Shown here in pieces: positions 35,391 to 49,060 of a DNA stretch of 64,000 nt (positions are counted from its first letter, which is position 1; every line of letters begins with the position of its first letter). Made by a program: the position numbers and the translations under genes. The notes beneath the pieces were generated by a model. It searched no databases. It was not told the DNA's origin and worked only from the letters and a program-made list of their open reading frames with translations. This DNA is from Heterodontus francisci (lineage: Eukaryota): the NCBI RefSeq assembly GCF_036365525.1, contig NC_090373.1, positions 11,791,221 to 11,855,220 on the forward strand, written 5' to 3'.

Positions 35391-37955
35391 CATGTTTTTC
35401 CATGAATGGTCAGTTTAAAGCATTGAATATCTACTAACCCAATAAGATAGCAAAGCCATAACCCATGTTGCTGTTTGTTTCCAGATTATTTTCCAGACAA
35501 GAGATTTGCAGTGTACATGTCTTTGTGTTCTTTGTAAAAAAAAAATGGATTAAAAGTATCACACCATTTATTTGCAACAAGTGACTAATTTAACTAGTTA
35601 TTTTTTTGAATGTTTAACTTATTTGAAGATTTTTGTATTCTGATTTGTTTCCACTTCCTATCAGATAGAAAATAGTGCTGGCTTTAGAACAAAATAATAT
35701 TTATCAGCGGATCATCTCCGTGTTCACACAATGGTGCACACTGCAGAAAATAAATACAGAAATTCTGAACGCTGGAGATCTGGAAATAAAAACAGACCTT
35801 GACTGAAATGTATGGCAGGTCAGTCAGTCAGAAATTGAAAAGAGGATTAAAAAGAAGGCTGGGTCCCATTGCTGCCTGAAATCACCTATTCTTCTCTTCC
35901 AGAGGTTGATGGACCTATGTATTTCTTGTGGGTTGTGCTTTTTCTTTTGAATACGATAGTTTTGATGCATTCTGTTCTCACCGTAGGTTGTTGGTAGATT
36001 TTATTTCAGTCACAGGATGTGACATATCAATATACAAAAATGACAGACAGCGAAAGACTTGCTGGTCATCGAGCCTGGCCCGCATTCATGATGCCTAAAG
36101 CATCATGACTAGACACTTCCGACCACAACCCCACTTACAACCCAATCCCCCGCAGCCATGCAATCTCCTGGGAGAGGCAAAAAAAAAACAAAAGTAAACC
36201 CAGGGCCAATGAGGGGGGAAAAGCTCTACCACCTCCTCAGGTGATCGAAACCAGTCCATGAGGTCACATGAACCATGCATACATAACTTGGTAATGTTCT
36301 TGCCACCATGCTTTAGAATGGATGTGTGAGTCCTTGAGAGGGTCCAGAGGAGATTTGCCAGAATGGTTCTAGGGATGGGGGATTTTAGTTACAAGGTTAG
36401 GTTGAGCAAGTTGGGGTTGTTCTTCTTACAGCAAAGGAGATTGAGGGGATATTTAATAGAGGTGTATAAGATTATGAAATAGATAAGTTAGACAAGGAAA
36501 AACTGTTCCCACTAATTGATGGTACAAGCATTAGGGGACAAAGATTGACGGTTTTGGGCAAAAGATGCAGGGGAATGGGCAGAAGAACATTTTTACACAG
36601 CGATTGGTAATGACCTGGACTGCCCACGAGGGAGGTGGAAGTGGAGGCAATGATTTCAAAAAGAAATTGGATGGGCACTTGAAGGAAATAAACGTGCAGG
36701 GCTATGGGGATTGAGCAGGACTGACTGGGTTGCTCCGTGGAGAGCCAGCATGAACTTGATGGGCTGAATGGCTTCCTACAGTACCGTAAAGGACTCAATG
36801 GGGGAAATTTATGTTCTCCCCCACTTGGCTTTGGAGGCAGGGAGAGCATAAAATCAGGTGGGATGGTGGAAGGTGGGAGGCCACCACCTTCCTGCCTTGC
36901 TGAAATTAAGTCTGGGCAGGAAAGGCCTGTGAACGGCCTTCCCGCCGCACCACCAATTGAGGCCCTTAAGTGGGCAATTAATGCTACAATTAGCCGAGCG
37001 GCGGGTGGACCTGTCGCCACATGGGAAGCACAGCTTTGGGGGCGGGGGGAACCTCGTCAAAGGCACTTAGTGCCTGAACGGTAGGGGGATGCCTGCTGAG
37101 AGCCATCCTCTGCCTTTGATGCCGATCCCCCCCTACACTCCCCCATCTCCCATGACCCCCATCCCGTGAGACTCCTACTGCCCTGTCCTACCTGTTGTCT
37201 GGGACCAGCACCACTCCCATGCCTCGGGTGGGTGCTCCACTGGCAGTAGTCACCGCCTTCACAGTGACACTTCTAAGTTAAAGAGGCTCTGGCCTCTGAT
37301 TGGCTGGCAGCTCTCAGAGGCCGGGGTCCTTGATCCCATGGAAGGCCCGCTGCTGTCCATTTAAGTGCCTAATTGGCACTTGATTCGGTGGGCCTCCCAC
37401 AGAAAGGAGTTCTTGGCATCGCCTTTGCCGGAGGATGAGACCCCCATTGCCTGGATAAATTCCCGGCCCATGACTCAATGAATCAAATCAGCTTACCTTC
37501 TATATGATGTATTCCTTCCCCCAGTCAGGAACCAGTGCAGTTCCCTCTTGAAGGCGTACAGAGTCATGACCCACCACACCAGTCGGCGACGCATTCCACT
37601 ACTCTGAGAAAATAAGAACCGCCAATTGTCTAGTCTATTCCTAGTCTTATATAGTTAAACCCGTGTTCCCAATTTGTTAAACTGGAATAATCTATCAATA
37701 GGGATGCTATCCAGCCCTTTCGTTATTTTATAAACCTCTGTTAGATCACCTCTAAACTCTATGCTGCTCTAGAGTAGATAGAACTAGTAAAGCCTATCTG
37801 AATACCTAATATTCTTTAACATTGGAATCTTTCTTATAGATTCTAATCCAGCTGTAGAGTGTTGGTAGAATCAATTCCAGCCATGGGATATCGGTTAGTT
37901 ATACTCCAGTTGTAGGGTGTTGTTGGATTCAGTTCCAGTCGCAGCCTGTTGGTAG

Positions 37956-38871
37956 TGTTACGAAAGTGATTCTGTTTTTGTTAAAATATTTTAAAAAGGA
38001 ATTTATAGTTAAACTGAGTAAATGGTGGACCAGTTTTTTTTAAGAAAACAGAGTCATCAAGAGGGCACTGAGGGAACCGGATTGGCAACAATGTTACTGG
38101 TTATCACAAGACTCAAGTTAAAGATAGAACTGAAACCCTGGTAATAGGGGAAGAGAAGTGAGAAGTGCCTCTTTGACTAGACAAGCCCAGCAGCAGTAGA
38201 GCACCTGGGATGGGCAGAAAACTCACAAACTTTCTTGTTGTGTGTCAGTGTGTATTTTACCTTCTGGAGTGAGATAAAGTCAAGTCTGTTGCTGAAGTGT
38301 CAAGGAAGGACAGAAGACCACAACCCAGCTCACTTTCTAGAAACTCCCAAGGAAGGACAGAAGACCACAACCCAGCTCACTTTCTAGAAACTCCCAAGGA
38401 AGGACCCTGAGAAGTCCACAGTGTCAATTCATCTTGTTTCCTGTCTTTGAAGAAAGCCAGTTTTGCAACAACATATCTCATCTGCTGTTTTCTTCAAAAA
38501 TGAGCATGTCATCTGCCCAAGTTTCTTTTGGCTGTAACAGAACTCTGAATTTATAAAAGTCCCTTTTATCTTTTTTCGGTGAACCGGTATATATGCATGT
38601 GTGTGATTGTGAAGGGGCTAAAGTAAAAAACGGACTTTAAAATTTAAAATCCGTGTGTTTCTGCTTTACTTCATTACTAGTTAAGACTTGTTTTATAATA
38701 AACTGATAATGTTGTTGTTCAGTAAAGAAAACTGGTTAGTGTGTTCTAATCTGGGAAGAATAGAGTCTATGATTGTATCGATAAGTGGGAAAATTTAAAA
38801 ATAATATGTTGTGACCTGTGGAGAAGTGGGACTAGAATAAACAATGCACTCCTCCCGCCTTGGTCGTAACA
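37956..38871 (+). mobile_element. Solo LTR (Gypsy-like)
   Basis: TGTTACGA...TCGTAACA termini; perfect 4-bp TSD GTAG; internal 47-bp tandem duplication at 38301-38405. Confidence 0.88.
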
Positions 38872-39899
38872 GTAGATTCTGTTCTACCCGGAATGTATTC
38901 GTAGATTCAAATCCAGCCATAAGATGCTGATAGAATCTGTTCCAGCCTCAATGATATGTTAGCTGTAGGGTGTTGTTAGATTCAGTGTTATCCATGAGGT
39001 GTTGGTAGATTCTCATCTAATTGGTAGATTATTTCTAGTTGCACTGTATTTCTAGATTCTTGCCACAAGATGTTGGTGGGATCCGTTCTAATCAGAGGGT
39101 ATTGGTAGATTCTGTGGAAACCACAGGATCCAGCCATAGTGTCCATAGAATTACTTGGAATGTGCCACACAGAAACAGGCCATTAGGCCCAACTGGTCTT
39201 TGCCAGTGTTTCTACTCCCACCCATCTCCATCTAACCCTATCAGTACGTCCTTCGGTCCCTTCTTTCCTAGTGTTTATTTAGCTTCCCCTTAAAGCCATC
39301 CATGCTCTTCACCCCAACTGTTCCATGTGGTAGCAAGTTCCACAGTCTAACTGGGAAAAGAGCTTTCTCCTGAATTTCCTATTGGATATATTGGCAAGTA
39401 TCGTATATTTATAGTCCCCCAATGGAAACATTTTTATCTCATTCTGATGTTGCAGTTTGTGGGACCTCGAAATGTGCAAAATGGTTTCCTCCATAACCAC
39501 CATGACTTGTCTTTTGAAAAGTTATTGATCAGATATGAAGCATTTGACAATGTTACTGAAGGATGTGACAAGGTGCTATATGAATAAAAGTACTCTCTCT
39601 AACTATTCTTTAAGTGGTTACAGGTTTTGTAGACTTAGCAATATTGTAGAGAAATGTAAAATGAACTTTTTTAAAATCTAAAATTGTTAATCTTACTTCT
39701 GGGAAAGCAAAGGAAAGAGTTACTGAATAGTTCCATATTTTAATGCTATCAGACAATCTAATGGTATGTTCTAAAGTTCTATTTGACTCTGCAATTGCTA
39801 TCAAATATAACAAGTGTTTGCCTACATCACAGTGGTTACTGAACTTCAGAAGTATTGTATTGGAGTGAAGCATTTTGTGATGTCCATATGATGTATATT

Positions 39900-40310
39900 T
39901 TTTAAAGTTAATTCTCAGGATGTGGGCATCGCTGGTAAGGCAGGCATTTATTGACCACCCTTAGTTGCCCTGTGAAGGTGATAAATTCTTCAACGACAGC
40001 AGTCTGAGACAACTGAAGGGTCATCTCAGAGGGTAGTTAAGCATCAACTAGTTTGGCATGGGACTGGAGTCACATATAAACCAGTCCAGGTGAGCTCAGC
40101 AGGTTTCCTTCCCATTAGCAAAGCAGGTCAAACAGATGGGTCTTGCTGACAATCTGACAGCTTCCTGGTCAGTTTTACTGAAGCCGGTTTATTTATTTTT
40201 GCAACTGAATTCAAATTCTTATAGTTCATGGTAGGGTTTGAATTCACATTCTCCTGCCCTATTAATCGAGATCTCTGGGTTATTAGTTCAATAACATAAC
40301 CACTGTTAAG
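39900..40310 (-). mobile_element. Diverged copy of the same SINE family
   Basis: ggatgtgggcatcgctgg tail and ctggagtcacatat body, on the reverse complement. Confidence 0.7.
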
Positions 40311-43300
40311 ATGATATATAAATTTAATTTTTTATCTTTCTTATACAATGTGTTGACACTGAATCATTTACCAACTCACCCACCCAAATATTAGACTGCT
40401 TGCTTTTTTTCAGGCACTGACCCCCATTCTCTGTATATTTACTGTTTTAACACTAATAATAGACATGAATTCACATTGATGGTTAAAGTTTATTGGGCTT
40501 TTTTGAATTACAGGGATAATTACATGGTGCTCAAGCTCCCAGTGGAGAGCTGTGCTCATCGGGAGCACAGGTCAGAAATAACACTGTGCACAGTTCTAAG
40601 GCTGAATTTGTAGAACAGGATCAGGAACCCAACGCCTGGATGATTTCCAGGTCCCGACCCCCCCCCCCCCCCCCCCACCCCACCTCAGCTGTGTCGTTAA
40701 TGCACTGTGATCTTCAAATGTTAATGCCCTAATTGGGTAGAAGGAGAGCTCGGTGCCCAATTAGTGATGTCAAGTGTCCACAGGCGATGGGAACTACCTG
40801 CAGAGTGTGAGCAGCAAAGACAGGCTGCAGCCGTGATGGGGCCTGCTGCTACCTTGCCGATGAGAGCAGGCAGCTCCATGGAGAACCATCAGAATAATGA
40901 GGTGAGGCAGCGCTTCCAAAATAAAAAAGGTCCTGCACTTGGCCCAGTGCGAGATCCCCCTGAACCCAAAACATTTCATCTTCCAACACTAAAATTTGTT
41001 CTCTGCCCACTGTGAGCTTGACAATTGTTCACTATTGTGCACCAGACTAGGCCGGCTTGCCAGAATCACCATTGAAAATTACAGTGCGGAGCCCCCGATC
41101 CCGGGCTCCTTAACGAGCTCCTCCATGAGCTTATTGGGCCATTAGTTGGAAGAGAGCAGCTTCTCTATTCCCTCCCCCCATCCTCACATTGAAAATGGCC
41201 AACATACCCGAAGGTGTCAGATTCTAGAGACAACCTCCGGCACTGCGATTTTCAAATTGCATCTGTACAACTTAAGGAGCTGTTCCAGCCTCTGGGCCTA
41301 ACCTTCTTACCCAGCCTGACCTGAAGACAGTACTTTGCTCTTCACTTGCCATGTGCAACATCATGGAAGATCAATTATAACTCATAAATTTTCATAAAAG
41401 ATGAAAGAAATTACTTCATCAAACTACCAACTTGTTACAGTTAGAATAGAATCTGCCAACATCTTGTGATTGGTTCAGAATAGACCAATAATGGACTCAT
41501 GACTATGGTCAGAACATATGGATTCAGGGGACAAGTAGCAGAATGGATAGCAAGCTGGATACAGAACAAAAAACTGAGAACAGGGGTTAAAGGCAGCTAC
41601 CCAGACTGACAGGAATCAGTGCTGGGACCACTGTTGTTCATCATTTATATAAACGATTTGGAGTTGGGAATCAGAAGTACAATTCCATAATTTGCAACAG
41701 GAGAAGAAACTGGGTGGCTTTACTCCTGGAAAATCAAAACTTGAAAGGAATCATTCTTATTTTGAAAAGTTAGGGGGTAAGTGTTTATCTGGGCACTGAA
41801 AAGAGGGAAAGAAAACTTGCTCCACAGCATCACCCAGTGGCTGAAATCTGCGACAAACTGGCACTCTGCCTTTAACAGGGGAATGATACTGTATCGCTCT
41901 GTGATGGAGGAGTACTAAGGTGGAAAAGATCTATTGCAGCACTAACTGCAACCATTACAGGCAACTGAAGACATTACAAGTAGGCATGGTCACAGTTAAC
42001 CATGAAAACTTCACAGGACATGCTGATTTTAATGACACATTACTGATCGATTTGCAGTGATTTTGGAATGGGGCAAGTTCAAATTCAGCAGGCTCAGAAA
42101 GTGGGGTTGGGTAGGGGACTGCAATAACTGGACCCAGACAGGGGAGGAGATGATTGAGGGGATTGTGGATGGAGGAGTAGGAGGGGTGGGGGGGGGGGTG
42201 GGGGTGGGGGTGGTGGTTGCCTGGTCAAGGATAATGGGGAAAGACAGAGGAGGAGGATCAGGGAGGTGCAAAGGTACAAGGAGAGGCGAGGTTTCACCCA
42301 TCATGTTTTGAATCCACCCAGGATTACAGGTATCTCTGAGATGTACTACGTTCCTCGGACTGCTGCTCTCGCTGCATCCTGAGATCCACACTAAGTGCCC
42401 TGCGCCGCCATATGTAAACACTGGACCTCTCTCTCCTGAAGCACCGACCCATCTTATCTCAAAGCTGTTCTGCTGCACAGTTTCATTTCATCCTTTGTCT
42501 TATCCAAGGCATTAACAAAAAGCTTTTTCTCTTCCTTTCAGATGTTAAGGAACACAAGCTCCAGCAGCTCATGGGTACCAACGCCCCTCCAGATCCTTCT
42601 TCCCTTTCACTTCCCTCTGACTTCATCCCTTCGCCTAATCTGACTCCTTGACATGCATTCACAATACCCTCTGACCTTCCCATTTTTGACAATGAATGAT
42701 CTGTAATTAACGAAGGACTATGTTTTATCCCCTTACTCCTCCACCTCAATGAATTTCGCGCTCAGCATGACATTGAGCTCTTCTTCCATCGTCTATGCCT
42801 CTGGGCTCACTTCTTTGACCAGGAGTCCTCCCCTCAACCAGCGGACCCTTTCACTCACCTCCAGTATTCTCCCTCCACCTGGACCCCTTCCTCTGGCCTC
42901 TTACCCACTCTTGATCTTTTCATTGAGAACTGTTGGTGTGTCCGCTCCCCTCATTCATTCTAACCTGTCCCCCTCCAAACTTGCTGCACTCTGCTCTATC
43001 ATGTCCAACCCTGACATTGTGATCAAACCTGCTGACAAGGGTGGTGCTGTTGTTGTCTGGCGTAGCGACCTCTACTTTGCAGACACTGAGCGCCAACTCT
43101 CAGACACTTCTTCCTACTTCCCCTTGGACCATGACCCCACCACTGAACATCAAGTTACTGTCTCCAGGACTGTTACTGACCTCATCTCCTCCAGCGATCT
43201 TCCCTCTACAGCTTCCAAACTAATAGTCCCACAACCCCGGACAGCCCGCTTCTACGTCCTCCCCCATATCCACAAACAGGATTGTCCTGCTGGACCCATC

Positions 43301-43341
43301 TTTTCAGCCTGTTCCTGCCCCACTGAACTTATTTCTTCTAT

Positions 43342-44331
43342 TGTTATGAAAGTGCCTATGTGTTTTGTTAAATATAATTTTTGAGGATTCATTTTTGAAA
43401 GATTGAAGAAATGTTAAACTTTGGGGTTTTCAAAGGGGGTCATATAAAGGTCACTACTTTGAAAACCAGTCCCTGGAAATGTTTTGAAAAGGGTCACTGA
43501 GAGGTCTTGTGAGGAAAACAAGCCTTTCTGGGAAAGCACCTGACTTCCAGCTCAATAAACAACAGAGAACTTTGGACACCTGGAGAAGTTGTTTACAAAG
43601 AAGTGACAGGTCAAGATTGATGAAGGCCAAAAAGTTGATCACCTATTGGTTTCGCTTTTGAATTGTTTCGAGTTGGGGTTGAACTGTATAAAAAAGGAGA
43701 GAACTTCCAAGGAGAGAGAGAACTTCAAAGGAGAGAATAGAATTCCCAAAGAAGGAGAGAAGATCATAACCCAGGTCAGCTTTCCAGCACCTCTCTAACA
43801 GACCCTGAGAAATCCACTGTGTCAACTCATCTCATCTCCTATCTTCGAAGAAAAACCTGTTAAATTACTTCTCAATACTTCCTGACAAGAACTGTTCTAA
43901 AAGATCCCAGTGACCTGTCTACGTGCACTCGGAGGCCAAACTATACGCTAGTTTTGGAACACAACATATCTCATCTGCTGTTTCTTCAAGAGTGAGCAAG
44001 TATTCAGCCCAAGTGTTTTTCTGTCTGTAATAGAGCTCCAGAAACAAAATTCCCTTTATTTTTCCAGTTAGCCGGTGTAAGTGTGTATGAGTGTGAGGAG
44101 CTAAGGTAAAACGGGAACTTTAATATTTCAATCTGTGTGTTTATGGTTTACTTCATTACTGGTTAAGATTTGTTTTATAGTAAACTAATAATTTTGTTGT
44201 TTAATAAACCTGGTTAGTGTGTTTTATTCTGGGAAAAGTATCAGTAAGTGGGAAAATTTAAATATGTGTTGTGACCTGTGGAGAAGTGGGACTAGAATGA
44301 ACAGTGCACCTCTCCTGCATCAGTCGTAACA
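43342..44331 (+). mobile_element. Solo LTR related to 37956-38871
   Basis: TGTTATGA...TCGTAACA; TSD ctat/ccat; the 3' half is clearly similar to the 38 kb LTR. Confidence 0.85.
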
Positions 44332-44335
44332 CCAT

Positions 44336-44653
44336 CTTATTTTATTTTAAGATACAGCACTGAAACAGGCCCTTCGGCCCACCGAGTCTGTTCCGACCAA
44401 GAACCACCCATTTGTACTAACCCTACAGTAATCCCATATTCCCTACCACCTACCTACACTAGGGGCAATTTACAATAGCCAATTTACCTATCACCTGCAA
44501 GTCTTTGGCGTTGGGAGGAAACCGGAGCACCTGCGAAAACCCACGTGGTCACAGGGAGAACTTGCAAACTCTGCACAGGCAGTACCCAGAATTGAACCCC
44601 GGTCCCTGGACCTGTGAGGCTGCAGTGATAACCACTGCGCCACTGTGCCGCCC
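44336..44653 (-). mobile_element. HE1/V-SINE-like SINE
   Basis: Same family on the reverse strand; lies within a Penelope RT fragment. Confidence 0.88.
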
Positions 44654-44829
44654 ACTATCTTTTCTTCCCTGGTCCTGTCGCTTTCCATCTACATCCGTGA
44701 CTCTTCTGATGCCCTACGTCATTTCGACAATTTCCAGTTTCCTGGCCCTAACTGCCTCCTCTTCACTATGGATGTCAAATGTCTCTACACCTCCATCTCC
44801 CACCAGGACAGTCTGAGGGCTCTCTGCTT

Positions 44830-47505
44830 ATGAACATACGATCGTATGAATTAGGAGCAGAAGTAGGCCATTCGGCCCCTCAAGCCTGCTCCGCCATTCA
44901 ATAAGAACATGGCTGATCTGTTTGTGTCTCGAACTCCACTCTCCCATCTACCCCCAATAACCTTTGATTCCCTTGCTTAACAAGAATCTATCTACCTCCA
45001 CCTTAAAAATATTCAATGACCCCATTCAATGACCCCGCCTCCATCACCTCCTGAGGCACAGAGTTCCAAAGTTGCTCAACTGTCTGAGAAAAAAAATTCT
45101 CCTCATCTCTGTCCTAAAAAGGCGACCACTAATTTTAAAACAGTGCCCCCTAGTTCTGGACTCACCCACAAGAGGAAACATCCCCTCCACATTCACCTTG
45201 TCAAGACTGTTCAGGATCTTATATACTTCAATCAAGTCTCCTCTCACTCTTCTAAACTCCAGTGAAAACAAACCCAGTCTGTCCAACCTTTCCTCCAAAG
45301 ACAACCCGCTCATTCCAGGTATCAATTTAGTAAACCTCCCCTGAACTGTCTCCAACGCATTTACATCCTTCCTTAAATAGGGAGATCAAAACTGCACACA
45401 GTATTCAAGATGTGGTCTCACCAATGCCCTGTATAACTGAAGCATAACATCCTTACTTTTATTTTCAATTCCTCTTGTAATAAAGGATAGCATTCCATTA
45501 GCTTTCTTTATTACTTGCTGTACCTGCATACTAACTTATTGTGACTCACTCACTAGAACACCTAGATCCCTCTGCACCCCGGAATTCTGCAGTCATTCTC
45601 CGTTTAAGTAATACACTGCTTTTTTATTCTTCCTGCTAAAGTGAACAACTTCACATTTACTCACATTATACTTTGTGCAATAACCCTTTATGTTGAACCT
45701 TGTCAAATGTCTTCTGGAAATCCAAGTACAGTATGCCAACAGGCTCCCCTTTATCCACTGTGTATGTTACTCAAAGAACAAAAGAACAAAGAACAGTACA
45801 GCATAGGAACAGGCCATTTGGCCCTCCAAGCCTGCGCCGATCTTGATGCCTTAAAACCTTCTGCACTTCCGGGGGGAAAAAATTCAATAAATTGGTTAAA
45901 CATGATTTCCCTTTCACAAAACTGACTATTCCCGACTACCTAGAAATTTTTTAAGTGCTCAGCTATAACCTCCTTAATGATCGATTCTAACACTTTCCCC
46001 ACGACAGGCATCAATCTAACTGGTCTATAGTTACCTGTTTTCTGCCTCTCACCCTTCTTGAATAGAGGGGTTATATTTGCTACTTTCCAGTCTGATGGAA
46101 CCTTTCCAAAATTAACACCAATGCATCTACCACCTCATTAGCCACCTCTTTTAAGACCCTCGGGTGTTATCCATCAGGACCCAGGGACTTGTCCGTCTGC
46201 AGCTCCATCAGTTTGCTCAGTACTGCTTCCCTGGTGATTGTAATTTCACCAAGTTCCTCTTTTCCTTCCACCTCCTGATTTACAGCTATTACTGGAATGT
46301 TTTTTGTATCCTCGATAGTGAAGACAAAAGCAAAATATTTGTTCCTTTTATCCACCATTTCCTTATTATCGACTGTTAACTCACCATTCACACTCTCTGG
46401 AGGACCAACACTCACTTTACTTACTCGTTTCCTTTTTAAATACCCATAATCCTTAGACAGCACCTTCCAAACCCGTGACATCTACCACCTCGAAGGACAA
46501 GAGCAGCAGATGCATGGGAACATCACCACCTGCAAGTTCCCGTCCAAGCCACACACCATCCTGACTTGGAACTATATCACCGTTCTTTCACTGTCGCTGG
46601 GTCAAAATCCTGGAACTCCCTTCCTAACAGCACTGTGGGTGTACCTACCTCACATGGACTGCAGCGGTTCAAGAAGGCAGCTCACCACCACCTTCTCAAG
46701 GGCAATTAGGGATGGGCAATAAATGCTGGCCTTGCCAGTGATGCCCACATCCCATGAATGAATAAAAAAAAAGAAACTCTTGCTAACCATTTTTACATTT
46801 CTAGCTAGCTTCCTCGCAGACATTAATTTATTTCTCCTAATTAACGCTTTAGTCATTCTCTGTCGTTCTTTATATTCTGACCAATCATCTGACCTGCAAC
46901 TCACCTTTGCGCAATTATGTGCTTTTTCCTTAAGTTTGATGCTTTCCTTAACTTCTTTAGTTAACCACAGATGGTGGGTCCTCTCCTTAGAAATTTTCTT
47001 TACAGTAGGAATATACCTATTCTGAGTATTCTGAAATATCCCCTTGAATGTCTGCCATTGCTTCTCTATTGATCTATCTCCTAGCCTCGTAACCCAGTAC
47101 ACTTCAGCTAGCTCAGATTTCATGCCCACATAGTTGCCCTTATTTAAGTATAAAATACTAGTCTTAGACCCACTCTTCTCTCTTTCAAACTGGATGTAAA
47201 ATGCAATCATATTGTGGTCGCTGCTACCTAGAGGTGCCTTTTCTGTGAGGTCATTAATTAATCCTATCACATTACACAATACCAAGTCTAATATAACGTG
47301 CTCTCTGGTTGGTTCCAGAATGTGCTGCTCTAAGAAACTATCTAGAAAGCATTCTATGAATTCCTCATCCAGGCGACTATTGCCAGTCTGATTTTTCCAG
47401 TTTATATGGAGATTAAAATTATCCATGATTATTGTCATCCCTTTATCACAAGCACCCAATATTTCTTCTTGTATACTTTGTCCTACATTGTGATTACTGT
47501 TAGGG
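44830..47505 (-). mobile_element. Large classical CR1 ORF2 fragment (APE to 3' end) with deletions and nested inserts
   Basis: IIMDNFNLHINW..PTREHVILDLVL..LGSSDHN (APE); FSLEFRRVRGDLIEVYKI (3' part). Confidence 0.88.
46449..46772 (+). mobile_element. 3' fragment of the same LINE family inserted into a classical CR1
   Basis: Tail plus A-run; the host CR1 reads KSF|YGYLK across the insertion with no TSD. Confidence 0.88.
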
Positions 47506-48033
47506 GGAAATGGTGGATAAAAGGAACAAATAATTTGCTTTTGTCTTCACTATCGAGGATACAAAAAACATTCCAGTAATAGCTGTAAATCAGGAGGTGG
47601 AAGGAAAAGAGGAACTTGGTGAAATTACAATCACCAGGGAAGCAGTACTGAGCAAACTGATGGAGCTGCGGACTGACAACTCCCTGGGTCCTGGACTACA
47701 CCCTAGGGTCTTAAAAGAGGTGGCTAATGAGGTGGTAGATGCATTGGTGTTAATTTTTCACAGAGCTGTTAGGAAGGGAGTTCCAAGATTTTGACCCAGT
47801 GACAGTGAAAGAACGTCGTATATAGTTCCAAGTCAGGGTGGTGTGTGACTTGGATGGGAACTTGCAGGGGTGATGTTCCCATGCATCTGCTGCTCTTGTC
47901 CTTCGAGGTGGTAGAGGTCACGGGTTTGGAAGGTGCTGTCTAAGGAGTATGGGTATTTAAAAAGGAAAAGAGTAAGTAAAGTGAGTGTTGGTTCTCCAGA
48001 GAGTGTGAATGGTTAGTTAACAGTCGATAATAA
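47506..48033 (-). repeat. Inverted, circularly permuted copy of 46108-46637
   Basis: 47506-47758 is the reverse complement of 46108-46362; 47759-48033 is the reverse complement of 46363-46637. Confidence 0.88.
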
Positions 48034-49060
48034 TAGCGCAGAAGGAAGATGCAGGGTTGTGTTGTTGGAGGCCAATCATCACAGCCCCAGGACATCACTG
48101 CAGGAGTTCCTCAGGGTGGTGTCCTAGGCCCAACCATCTTCAGCTGCTTCATTAATGACCTTCCCTTCATCATAAGGTCAGAAGGGGATGTTCGCTGCTG
48201 ATTGCACAATGTTCAGCACCATTTGCAACTCCTCAGATAATGAAGCAGTTCGTGCCTGCATGCTGCAAGACTTGAACAACATCCAGGCTTGGGCTGATAA
48301 GTGGCAAGTAACATTTGTGCCACACAAGTGCCAGGTAATGACCATCTCCAACAAGAGAGAATCTAACCATCTCCCCTTCATGTTCAACAGCATTACCATC
48401 GCTGAATCCCACACCACCAACATCCTGGGGGTTACCATTGATCAGAAACTTAAATGGACCAGCCACATAAATACTGTGGCTACAAAAGCAGGCCAGAGGC
48501 TGGAATTCTGCAGTGAGTAACTCACCTCCTGACTTCCCAATCTCTGTCCACCATCTGCAAGGCACAAGTCAAGAGTGTGATGGAATATTTTCCACTCGCC
48601 TGGATGGGTGCAGCTCCAACAACTCAAGAAGCTCAACACCATCCAGGACAAAGCAGCCCGTATGACTGGCATCCCATTCACCACCTTAAACATTCATTCC
48701 CTTCACCACTGGCATACAGTGGCAGCAGTGTGTACCATCTACAAGATGCACTGCAGCAACTTGCCATGGATCCTTTGACAGCATCTTCCAAATCTGCGAC
48801 CTCTACCAACTAGAAGGACAAGGGGAGCAGATGCTTGGGAACACCACCACCTGCAAGTTCCCCTCCAAGTTACACACCATCCTGACTTGGAACTATATCA
48901 CCATTCCTTCACTGTCGCTGGGTCAAAATCCTGGAACTTACTTCCTAACAGCACTGTGGGTGAACCTACCCAACATGGACTGCAGCTGTTCAAGAAGGCA
49001 GCTCACCACCACCTTCTCTAGGGTAATTAGGGATGGGCAATAAATGCCAGCGACACTTTT
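48034..49060 (+). mobile_element. 5'-truncated copy of the same CR1-group LINE family
   Basis: Colinear with about 22322-23350, including the gggcaataaatgc tail. Confidence 0.9.

Larger units (their letters stand above)
42330..44830 (+). mobile_element. Penelope-like RT fragment interrupted by a solo LTR and a V-SINE
   Basis: IVIKPADKGGAVVV, RFYVLPHIHK and, after the inserts, YIRDSSDAL..FTMDVKCLYTSI. Confidence 0.85.

Noticed and set aside
37835-39150. Degenerate repeats of about 30 bp (gttggtagattc..ccagc) flanking the LTR as a structured array
   Set aside because: An old, decayed tandem repeat interrupted by the solo LTR, with no constant repeat-spacer organisation.
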